From an uncultured Spirochaetota bacterium (GTDB taxonomy: Bacteria; Spirochaetota; Spirochaetia; SZUA-6; Fen-1364): a DNA stretch of 64,000 bases. The stretch's first letter is position 1; each line of letters begins with the position of its first letter. This document shows, one piece after another, positions 29,725-38,154 of this stretch. The position numbers and the translations under genes were made by a program. Location of the stretch: NCBI GenBank assembly GCA_963820525.1, contig CAWGAA010000002.1:224001-288000 (forward strand), in the 5' to 3' direction. A model generated the notes under the pieces. It worked only from the letters and a program-made list of their open reading frames with translations, was not told where the DNA came from and made no database searches.

Positions 29725-31044
29725 ATGAAACAGAAGGTTCTGATCGTCGACGATGAGCTCCATATGTGCAGGTCCCTCTGCGAGCTCCTGGAATCGGAGG
29801 ACCTGGAAGCCGTTTACTCCACGGATCCCCTCGAGGCCCTCCAGATCATCTCCGAAGGCGCCGTCGACCTTCTGTTCCTCGACATCAAGATGCAGAAGCT
29901 GAGCGGCATAGACCTGCTGAAGCATGTCAAAGCCAAGGATCCAGGCATTCCCATAATCATGATTACCGGCTATCCCTCGGTGGACAACATCGTCCAATCG
30001 ATGAAGCTCGGAGCGAGCAACGTTTTCGCCAAGCCCCCGAACCTAGACGCGCTCATCAAGGACGCGAAGGTTCTGTTGGAGAGCAGGCTGCGCAGGCAGG
30101 GCAAAGGACGATCGAGCCCACAGAAGATCATCACCCAGGACCACAGGATGAAAAAGATCCTGGGAGCCATGGAGAAGTTCGCCGCCACGGATGCGCCGGT
30201 CCTGATCACGGGGGAAAGCGGGACGGGCAAGGAGCTTTTGGCCAGCGCGCTTCACGACTTGAGCCCCCGGAGGGACAACCCGTTCATCAAGGTGAATTGC
30301 GCGGCCCTGCCGGAGACTCTCCTGGAGAGCGAGCTCTTCGGCCATGAGAAAGGCGCATTCACGGACGCGTTTCATGTCAGGAAGGGCAAGTTCGAGCTGG
30401 CCAACTGCGGCACGATCTTCTTCGACGAGATCGGCGACATGTCGCTGAACAGCCAGTCCAAGATCCTGCGGGTGCTCCAGGAGCACGAGTTCGAGCGTGT
30501 CGGGGGCACGGAGGTCCTCCAGACGGACTTCCGCCTGATCGCGGCCACCAACAAGAATTTATCCGATCTCATCACTGCGGGCACGTTCCGGGACGACCTC
30601 TACTACCGCATTTCCGTGATCAGCGTCGATATGCCGCCGCTTCGGGAGCGGAAGGAAGACATCCTGCTTCTCAGCGGCTATTTCATCAGCGCCTTCAACG
30701 AGGTCTACGCCAAGCGGATCGTGGATCTGGCCGCCGATGTGAAGCAGCTCTTTTTGCGCCATCACTGGCCCGGCAACGTGCGGGAACTGCGAAACTGCAT
30801 CGAGCGGGCGGTCATCTTCTGCGAGTTGGACACCATCTCCCTGGAGGACCTCCCTTCCCAGTACACGGGCTTTGCCGGCGGTCTGCCTGCCACGGATTAC
30901 CAGCAGGCCTACGACAACCTGGACAGGGAGATCATCATGGACGCGCTCATCAGGAGCAAGGGCAAGAAGGCGAAAGCGGCGGAGCTCCTCAAGATCGACC
31001 GGCGCACTCTCTACAACCATATGAAAAGGCTCGGCCTGCGATGA
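29725..31044 (+). CDS. sigma54-dependent response regulator (NtrC family) 2
   Basis: ATG 29725 after GAGGGG; REC (IVDDE, FLDIKM); [32 protein letters not shown]. Confidence 0.95.
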   Translation: MKQKVLIVDDELHMCRSLCELLESEDLEAVYSTDPLEALQIISEGAVDLLFLDIKMQKLSGIDLLKHVKAKDPGIPIIMITGYPSVDNIVQSMKLGASNVFAKPPNLDALIKDAKVLLESRLRRQGKGRSSPQKIITQDHRMKKILGAMEKFAATDAPVLITGESGTGKELLASALHDLSPRRDNPFIKVNCAALPETLLESELFGHEKGAFTDAFHVRKGKFELANCGTIFFDEIGDMSLNSQSKILRVLQEHEFERVGGTEVLQTDFRLIAATNKNLSDLITAGTFRDDLYYRISVISVDMPPLRERKEDILLLSGYFISAFNEVYAKRIVDLAADVKQLFLRHHWPGNVRELRNCIERAVIFCELDTISLEDLPSQYTGFAGGLPATDYQQAYDNLDREIIMDALIRSKGKKAKAAELLKIDRRTLYNHMKRLGLR

Positions 31045-32855
31045 GCGCGATTTCCTCGCCCCGGCTGGAGATGCGAGGGATCACGGTCCACTACGGCAGC
31101 GTGCTCGCCCTGGAGGACGTGGATTTCGACCTGTACCCCGCGGAGGTTCACGCCCTGGCCGGAGAGCACCGGGCGGGGAAATCGACTCTCGTGAAGCTTT
31201 TAAGCGGCGCGGTGAAGAAGGACGGCGGGCTGATCGTCTTGAACGGCTCGCCCGTCGACGGGTTCACTCCCGGCACCTCGATGCGGCACCGCATAGGGAT
31301 GGTCTACCAGGAGATGAACGTCGTTCCCACCCTGAACGCCATTGAAAACATCTTTGCCGGACAGACGCCCGTGAAGTCGTTCGGGAGGATCAACAGGGAG
31401 TGGATGATCCAGGAGGCAAAACGGCTGTTCGCCCGGCTCAAGGTGGACATCAACCTGGAAGCTCCGCTGTTCAAGCTCTCCATGGCGGAACAGCTCATGG
31501 TGGAGCTTGCACGGCTTCTCTCCATAGATCCCGAGATCCTGATTTTCGACGAGATCTCCAGCAAGCTGACTCCCGTGGAGATGGAGCGCGTGTACTCCAT
31601 CCTCTCCGAGGTGAAGGAGAAGAGCAAGAGCGTCATCTACATCTCGCACGATATGGACGAGATCTTCAGGGTGGCGGATCGGGTGACGATCCTGAAGGAC
31701 GGGCGGCGACGGGGGACGGAGGAGATCAAGGACCTCGACCGGATGAAGCTGATCAAGATGACCTATTCCTTCGTGCTCTCGCGGGAGGAGCTGGAACAGG
31801 ACAACAAGGAGCTGTTCTTCAGAAAGAGGTACAACGAGAACATCATCAAGAACCTGCCGGTCGGGGTGATCATCCTCGACAACCAGAACAGGCTGTACCT
31901 GATCAACAATCCCGCCCGCAAGATCCTGGACCTGGAGGAAAACATCGCCGCCGACAGCTACGTGACCGCCCTTTTCCTGAGGCACGAGCTTCAGGAGTAC
32001 GACGATATCGTCCGCTGCATCGAACGGCATGAGGAGGGCACCTGGGACGAAGTGAAGTACGGGGCGGACAAGACGCTGAAGATAAGCACCTTTCCCTTCA
32101 AGGACGAGGAGGACAAGTTCCTGGGAACCATCGTGTTGATGGAGGATATTTCCAAGAGCCTGCTGTTCAACGAGTACCTCCGGCGCGCGGAGAAGATCGC
32201 CTCGACGGCGGAGCTGGCCGCCGGGGTGGCCCACGAGATCAACAATCCGCTGGGCATCGTCCTCAACTACACCACCATCATCAGGCGGAAAGCCCTTGCG
32301 AACGCGGACGGCATGGAGAAGGTGCGGATCATTGAGAACGAGCTTCTGCGCATCAAGGAGATCATCAGCAGCCTGCTCTCCTTCTCGCGCATCGAGAGCT
32401 CGGAGATGGCCACCGTGGACATCGTGGAGATCCTCCACGAGGTGGTCGTGCTGATCAACCACAAGATCCGCGAAAAGGAGATCGAGCTGTGCTTGAGAAA
32501 CCGCTGCGGGAGGCCGATGGTGCACGGGAACGCCAACAGGCTGAAGCAGGTCTTTATCAACCTCTTGATGAACGGCATCGAAGCCGTGGCCAGACGGGGA
32601 CGGATCGCAATTGCGATCCGCACGGACGGACATCCTCCATCCGTGGAGATCCGCTTCAGGGACAACGGCTGCGGCATTGCGGATTCCATCAAGGACCGGA
32701 TCTTCGATCCCTTCTTCAGCACGAAGCTCGACAACAAGAACACCGGATTGGGGCTGTCCATCTCCCAGCACATTATTGAGACCCACAACGGCGTCATCGA
32801 AGTGAGCACCGAGGGCGATACCGAGTTCACCGTTCGCCTCCCGTTGCTGAAATAA
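31041..32855 (+). CDS. Hybrid histidine kinase 2: sugar-ABC-type NBD + PAS + HisKA + HATPase_c
   Basis: GEHRAGKS, IGMVYQE, LIFDE, YISH; LPVGVIILD; AHEINNPL; NLLMNGIEA, DNGCGI, FDPFFSTK, GLGLSI. Confidence 0.9.
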   Translation: MSAISSPRLEMRGITVHYGSVLALEDVDFDLYPAEVHALAGEHRAGKSTLVKLLSGAVKKDGGLIVLNGSPVDGFTPGTSMRHRIGMVYQEMNVVPTLNAIENIFAGQTPVKSFGRINREWMIQEAKRLFARLKVDINLEAPLFKLSMAEQLMVELARLLSIDPEILIFDEISSKLTPVEMERVYSILSEVKEKSKSVIYISHDMDEIFRVADRVTILKDGRRRGTEEIKDLDRMKLIKMTYSFVLSREELEQDNKELFFRKRYNENIIKNLPVGVIILDNQNRLYLINNPARKILDLEENIAADSYVTALFLRHELQEYDDIVRCIERHEEGTWDEVKYGADKTLKISTFPFKDEEDKFLGTIVLMEDISKSLLFNEYLRRAEKIASTAELAAGVAHEINNPLGIVLNYTTIIRRKALANADGMEKVRIIENELLRIKEIISSLLSFSRIESSEMATVDIVEILHEVVVLINHKIREKEIELCLRNRCGRPMVHGNANRLKQVFINLLMNGIEAVARRGRIAIAIRTDGHPPSVEIRFRDNGCGIADSIKDRIFDPFFSTKLDNKNTGLGLSISQHIIETHNGVIEVSTEGDTEFTVRLPLLK

Positions 32856-33046
32856 CGCCGGGACTTTTTCTCCACAAGATTCAGGCGAGATTCGGGAAAA
32901 ATATTTCCCTATGCCTGCACAATCCCGCCGAATCCAGAGACCGCAGCCCGCGTTTGGCGCGCGCTTGATCCACTAACTATTGCCGGCGCAAGGCAATAGA
33001 GAGAGTCTCCCGTGTCCTGGATCATCCGGCCGCCGAGCGGAGAGTC

Positions 33047-33062
33047 TGGCACGGAGCTTGCT
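33047..33062 (+). promoter_or_regulatory. sigma54 (-24/-12) promoter of sugar ABC operon 2
   Basis: TGGCAC-GGAGC-TTGCT, exact consensus match. Confidence 0.88.
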
Positions 33063-33102
33063 TCTCTGATGCAGGTATTTCATACTCTCAAGGAGGTTGT
33101 TG

Positions 33103-34158
33103 ATGAAGAAAAGGATTTTTTTGATCGTCGTCGTCTGCCTGATCATGTGCGTCGGGACGACGTCCTTTGCCGCGCCCATAAAGATCGGCCTCTCTTTCGC
33201 CGAGTTCGAGGTCGAAAGGTGGGCCAGGGAAAAGGACAGGATGACGGAGCTCGCCACGAAGGCGGGGGCCAAGGAAGTCGTCTACCAGGTGGCCAACAAT
33301 GACGCGAATCTCCAGAACTCCCAGATCGAAAACATGGTCGCACAGGGCGTGAACGTGATCATCATCGTGGCCGTGGACGGCGAGGCCTGCGCCACGGCGG
33401 TCGAGCAGGCTGCCAAGGCCGGCGTGGCCTGCATCGCCTATGACCGCCTGATCAAGACGAACAAGCTCGCGGCCTACATCACCTTCGACAACGTCGAGGT
33501 GGGCAGGCAGGAGGCGCTCGGCGTTCTGGACGTGGTCAAGAAGGGACGGTTCGCGCTGCTGGGCGGAAGCCCGACGGACAACAATGCCCATCTGGTTCGC
33601 CGCGGACAGATGCTGGTTCTCCAGCCCCTGATCGACAAGAAGACCATTCAGATCGTCGGAGACCAGTTCGTCGAAGGCTGGAGCCAGGAGAAGGCGCTGG
33701 CGATCATGGAGAACATGCTGACCGCCAACCAGAACAAGATCGATGCCGTCGTCGCCTCCAATGACAGCACGGGGCTCGGCGCCGTGGAGGCGCTATCCGC
33801 CCAGGGCTTGGCCGGAAAAGTGCCCGTATCCGGGCAGGACGCGACGGCCGCCGCATGCAAGGCGATAGCGGAGGGAAAGTTCACCGTGACCGTGTTCAAG
33901 GACATCAACCTCCTCTCGCCAATGGCCGTGGATATCGCCATGAAGCTCGCCAAAGGCCAGTCCACGGGATTGAAAACCCGCAGCCTCGCCGATCTCACCG
34001 GAGACAACGCCATGACCGGAAACATCCCGTGCGCTTTCCTGCCGGTGGTCCGGGTGACCAAGGCCAACCTCTACAACGTGGTCATCAAGAGCAAGTTCCA
34101 GCCCTACGACGAGGTGTACAAGGACGTTCCCGTGGGCAAGCGCCCAGCCAGGCCGTAA
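33103..34158 (+). CDS. xylF: XylF/ChvE-like sugar ABC substrate-binding protein
   Basis: RBS AGGAGG; ERWAREKD, IAYDRLI, FDNVEVG, GGSPTDNNA, VSGQDA; actual substrate not certain. Confidence 0.8.
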   Translation: MKKRIFLIVVVCLIMCVGTTSFAAPIKIGLSFAEFEVERWAREKDRMTELATKAGAKEVVYQVANNDANLQNSQIENMVAQGVNVIIIVAVDGEACATAVEQAAKAGVACIAYDRLIKTNKLAAYITFDNVEVGRQEALGVLDVVKKGRFALLGGSPTDNNAHLVRRGQMLVLQPLIDKKTIQIVGDQFVEGWSQEKALAIMENMLTANQNKIDAVVASNDSTGLGAVEALSAQGLAGKVPVSGQDATAAACKAIAEGKFTVTVFKDINLLSPMAVDIAMKLAKGQSTGLKTRSLADLTGDNAMTGNIPCAFLPVVRVTKANLYNVVIKSKFQPYDEVYKDVPVGKRPARP

Positions 34159-34178
34159 GCGTCGATCAGCCCAAAGAG

Positions 34179-34219
34179 CACCGGCCGAAGGCCACAAAGC
34201 CGACGGCCGGTGTATTTTT
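34179..34219 (+). terminator. Hairpin after binding-protein gene
   Basis: CACCGGCCG..CGGCCGGTG followed by TATTTTT. Confidence 0.55.
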
Positions 34220-34266
34220 CATACGCGAGGGATAGACCTCCAGGGGTCTCGAGCGATACAGGTGCA

Positions 34267-35811
34267 ATGAGCGAGTACATACTTCAGTTCGACCAGGTCA
34301 CAAAGGATTTTCCCGGCGTCCGCGCGCTTTCCAGCGTCACCTTCAATGTGAAGAGCGGTGAGGTCCACGGCCTGTGCGGCGAGAACGGGGCGGGGAAATC
34401 GACCCTCGTGAAGATTCTCGCGGGCGTCTATCCCCACGGCTCATACCAGGGACGGGTTCTCTTCAACGACACGGAGCTCGCCTTCGGCGGCTCGTCGATC
34501 CGCCAGGCGATCGAGAGGGGCATCGCCATCGTGTATCAGGAGTTCGCGCTCGTGCCCCAGCTCACCGTCGGGGAGAACATCCACCTGGGGAGAGAGCCGG
34601 AGACGATGGGCGTCATCAACTGGCACAAGCTGTACGCGGAGACCAAGCAGATCCTCGACTCCTACCACCTTCGCATCCCGTTCGCGGAGAAGGTCGTGAA
34701 CCTGGGCGTCGGCCAGCGGCAGATGGTGGAGATCGCCAAGGCACTGAGCGAGAACGCCAGGCTCCTGATCCTCGACGAGCCCACCTCCGCGCTGACAGAG
34801 CAGGAAGTGGAGGCTCTGCACGAGATCCTCCGGAAGCTCCGCGCCCGGGGGGTGACGTGCATCTACATCTCCCATAAATTGGAGGAGTTTTTCAGGATCG
34901 CCGACACGCTCACGGTCCTCAGGGATGGCGAGGTCATCGACACCCTCCCCATCCTGGAGACGAACACGGAAGACGTGATCAGGATGATGGTGGGCCGCGA
35001 GATGAAGGAGCGATTCCCGAAGAGCCGGCACGAGATCGGCCCGGTGGTCCTGGAAGTGAAGGACCTGTCTTCTGCGGCCGCTGGGGGCACCAACAAGAGA
35101 TCGCTCGTGGGAATCTCTTTCGACCTGCGGCAGGGGGAGATCCTCGGAGTGGCCGGGCTCATGGGCTCGGGGAGGACCGAGCTGTTGACCGCGATCTTCG
35201 GAGCGGCCGAAGGGCGCACACAGGGCGAGATCAGGATCGATGGCAAGCCGGCGCGGATCGACAGCGCCAAGGACGCCTTGAATCACGGCGTCAGCTACGT
35301 GCCGGAGGATCGAAAGGGGCAGGGCCTCGTCTTGAACGAATCGATCCTCCGGAACATGACGCTGCCAAACCTGGACCAGTTCGCATCCTTCATGATCATC
35401 AACAAGCCGAAGGAGCTCCAGGCGTGCCAGCTCTTCTTCGAGTCGCTCAAGATCAAGGCCACCTCCGTCATGGCGCCGGTGGAATCGCTCTCCGGCGGCA
35501 ACCAGCAAAAAGTGGTGATTGCCAAATGGCTCATGTCGCGCCCCCGGTTCCTTTTCCTCGATGAGCCCACCCGCGGCATCGATGTCGGGGCGAAGTACGA
35601 AATCTACAAGCTCATCAGCCAGCTGGCCTCGGAAGAGGTCGCCATCGTGATGGTCAGCTCGGAGCTGCCCGAGCTCCTGGGGATGTGCGACCGCATCCTC
35701 GTGATGCACGACGGCAGGGCAATGGGGATCCTGCCGGTGGAAGAGGCGGACCAGGAGAAGATCATGACGTTGGCCACGGGGCTGACGAAAAACTCAAAGG
35801 GGCTAGGATGA
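34267..35811 (+). CDS. xylG: XylG-like sugar ABC ATP-binding protein (tandem NBD)
   Basis: CGENGAGKS, GVYPHGSYQG, LDEPTSAL, LSGGNQQKVV, DVGAKYEIY. Confidence 0.85.
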   Translation: MSEYILQFDQVTKDFPGVRALSSVTFNVKSGEVHGLCGENGAGKSTLVKILAGVYPHGSYQGRVLFNDTELAFGGSSIRQAIERGIAIVYQEFALVPQLTVGENIHLGREPETMGVINWHKLYAETKQILDSYHLRIPFAEKVVNLGVGQRQMVEIAKALSENARLLILDEPTSALTEQEVEALHEILRKLRARGVTCIYISHKLEEFFRIADTLTVLRDGEVIDTLPILETNTEDVIRMMVGREMKERFPKSRHEIGPVVLEVKDLSSAAAGGTNKRSLVGISFDLRQGEILGVAGLMGSGRTELLTAIFGAAEGRTQGEIRIDGKPARIDSAKDALNHGVSYVPEDRKGQGLVLNESILRNMTLPNLDQFASFMIINKPKELQACQLFFESLKIKATSVMAPVESLSGGNQQKVVIAKWLMSRPRFLFLDEPTRGIDVGAKYEIYKLISQLASEEVAIVMVSSELPELLGMCDRILVMHDGRAMGILPVEEADQEKIMTLATGLTKNSKGLG

Positions 35812-37004
35812 AGAACCTGAAGCTGATCGACCAGATACGGTTGAACCTCAAGACGTATACGATGATTTTCGCCCTGCTTGCGATCTGGCTCCTCTTCGGG
35901 ACCCTGACTAATTGGATCTTCTTCTCCCCCCGAAACCTCTCCAACCTGTTCCGCCAGATGACCATCATCTCGTTCCTGGCCATCGGGATGGTCATCGTCA
36001 TCGTCACCGGCAATATCGACCTGTCGGTGGGCTCGGTCACCGGGTTCGTCGGCGTGATCGCCGCGTACCTGCAGGCCATCGTGTTCGCGAAGATCCTGCC
36101 CGGCCTGATGCCCCACGCCTCCCTCCTGGAGGTCGCCATCGTCTCCACCGCGCTCACGGTCGTTCTCTGCCTTGTGGTGGGCAGCGCGATCGGGATGCTG
36201 CAGGGCGCCGTGGTCGCCTTCATGAACGTGCCTGCGTTCATCGTAACCCTCGGCGGGCTCCTGATCTTTCGCGGCGGCATCCTGGGCATCACCCAGGGAA
36301 AGACGATCGTGCCGATCGAAGAGCCGTTCAAGCAGATAGCGCAGGGCTATCTCTCCGGCCCGGTCGGTCTTATCCTGGCCGGCGTCGTCATCGTCATCAT
36401 CTTCGCCTTCACCTTCTGGAACCGACGGCAGAGGAGAAACTACGGTTTTGTCCTGCAGCATCTGTACCTCGACCTGCTGAAGGCCGGGCTCTTTTCCCTG
36501 GCGGTTCTGCTCTACGTCGTCATCATGAACATGTACCAGGGGGTGCAGAACCCCGTGCTGCTGATGGCTGTTGCGGCGGTCTTCTTCAGCTACGTCACCA
36601 ACAATACGCGCTTCGGCAGGTACGCGTATGCCATCGGCGGCAACAAGGAGGCGACGAAGCTCTCCGGCATCAACATCCAGCTCAATGTCTTCAAGGTGTT
36701 CATCCTCATGGGTTTCCTCTGCGCCGTGGCGGGGATCGTCCTCACCGCCCGGGTCGCCGCCGGAACGATTTCCGGCGGCCAGAACTACGAGCTGTCCGCC
36801 ATAGCGGCCTGCGTCATCGGCGGCACGAGCCTGATGGGCGGGGAGGGCACCATATTCGGCGCCATCGTCGGCTCGCTGATCATGGCCAGCCTGGAGAACG
36901 GCATGAGCGTGATGAACATGGACATCTTCTGGCAGTACATCATCCGTGGGCTCGTTCTCATCTTCGCAGTTTACGTGGACGTCGCCTCCAAGAAGAAGCG
37001 ATAG
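35808..37004 (+). CDS. xylH: XylH-like sugar ABC permease
   Basis: SPRNLSNLFRQ, IDLSVGS, VPAFIVTLGG, YELSAIAACVIGGTS. Confidence 0.85.
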   Translation: MKNLKLIDQIRLNLKTYTMIFALLAIWLLFGTLTNWIFFSPRNLSNLFRQMTIISFLAIGMVIVIVTGNIDLSVGSVTGFVGVIAAYLQAIVFAKILPGLMPHASLLEVAIVSTALTVVLCLVVGSAIGMLQGAVVAFMNVPAFIVTLGGLLIFRGGILGITQGKTIVPIEEPFKQIAQGYLSGPVGLILAGVVIVIIFAFTFWNRRQRRNYGFVLQHLYLDLLKAGLFSLAVLLYVVIMNMYQGVQNPVLLMAVAAVFFSYVTNNTRFGRYAYAIGGNKEATKLSGINIQLNVFKVFILMGFLCAVAGIVLTARVAAGTISGGQNYELSAIAACVIGGTSLMGGEGTIFGAIVGSLIMASLENGMSVMNMDIFWQYIIRGLVLIFAVYVDVASKKKR

Positions 37005-37091
37005 CTCTGGACGGCGGATCCGAAAGCTTGGCAAGGCCGACGATGTCATCGCAAAGCGGAAAGGTGTACGATGACGGGGCGGCGAGCGGTC

Positions 37092-37841
37092 ATGAAAGAG
37101 AACGAGTATGCGTGGCAGAGCGGATCCGGCCCCGCTGCCATTTCGGCCTCGGAGATCCATCTCTGGCGGATTTCCCTGGAACAGAGTCAGGACCGTATCC
37201 TGATCCTCCGCGGAACCCTCTCCCCTGACGAGAGACGGATGGCAGAGGCCTTCCGCGCCGAGAAGGACAGATCTTCCTTCTGCCTCTGCCGCGGCTTTCT
37301 TCGGATGCTTCTCGGCCGCTATAGCGACGCGGCCCCTGCGGAGGTTCGATTTCGCCGGGGGGAGTACGGAAAGCTTTCTCTGGATCCGCTTTTTCACCAG
37401 GAAGACATAGAGTTCAATCTCTCCCACTCGGGGTGCGTGGCCTTTTTTGCTCTAGCGAGGGAACGGCGGCTCGGTGTGGACGTGGAGAAGATCCGCACGA
37501 CCGCCGGAATCGGCGACATATCCCGCGGTTTTTTTTCACCGGAAGAGGACGGGGCGATCCGTGCCCTGCCGGAGGGAATGAAGGCCGATGCGTTCTACGC
37601 CTGTTGGACGCGAAAAGAGGCGGTGGTCAAAGCGCTCGGCGGAAGCATCGCGAAGCTCTCGGGCAAAGTCATCGTCTCTACGTCTCCCGGCCAGCCCGCG
37701 AGGCTTCTCCGGATGCCCTGTGGGCGTGGAAAAAACAGCGAGTGGCGCCTTCATGACCTGCCTGCGGGTGAGAGATACGCGGCCGCCTTGTGCTACGAAG
37801 GTCCGCAGGCCGCGGTTTTTCTATGGGAACCGGACGAGTGA
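37092..37841 (+). CDS. Sfp-type 4'-phosphopantetheinyl transferase
   Basis: FNLSHSG, LGVDVE, WTRKEAVVKALG. Confidence 0.92.
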   Translation: MKENEYAWQSGSGPAAISASEIHLWRISLEQSQDRILILRGTLSPDERRMAEAFRAEKDRSSFCLCRGFLRMLLGRYSDAAPAEVRFRRGEYGKLSLDPLFHQEDIEFNLSHSGCVAFFALARERRLGVDVEKIRTTAGIGDISRGFFSPEEDGAIRALPEGMKADAFYACWTRKEAVVKALGGSIAKLSGKVIVSTSPGQPARLLRMPCGRGKNSEWRLHDLPAGERYAAALCYEGPQAAVFLWEPDE

Positions 37842-37875
37842 TCCATGAGAGTGGCTCATCCTTCCGGGGACGCAG

Positions 37876-38154
37876 TCACGAGGCCGTCGGCGGGGGCGAC
37901 GTATTGAGACCAGCGTGGCGGGAGTAGAGCCGGTAGGCATCGCCCACCGTCTTCACGTTCCAGGCTTCTTCGAAAGGGATGCCGATGCCTTCCTCCCCCA
38001 AATGCAGCAGCATCTCCACCAGCCGGATCGAATCAACGGACAAGTCTTGGACAAAGGAGGCTTCAGGTACGACTTGGCTCTCCTCCACCTGCAGCTCCCG
38101 GGCAATCAAACGCCGGAACTCTTCAAAGGGGATGGGGTCACCGGGGTTTTTCAC
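37876..38154 (-). CDS. Acyl carrier protein
   Basis: DLSVDSIRLVEM phosphopantetheine Ser motif; TVGD; 92 aa. Confidence 0.88.
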   Translation of the reverse strand: MKNPGDPIPFEEFRRLIARELQVEESQVVPEASFVQDLSVDSIRLVEMLLHLGEEGIGIPFEEAWNVKTVGDAYRLYSRHAGLNTSPPPTAS

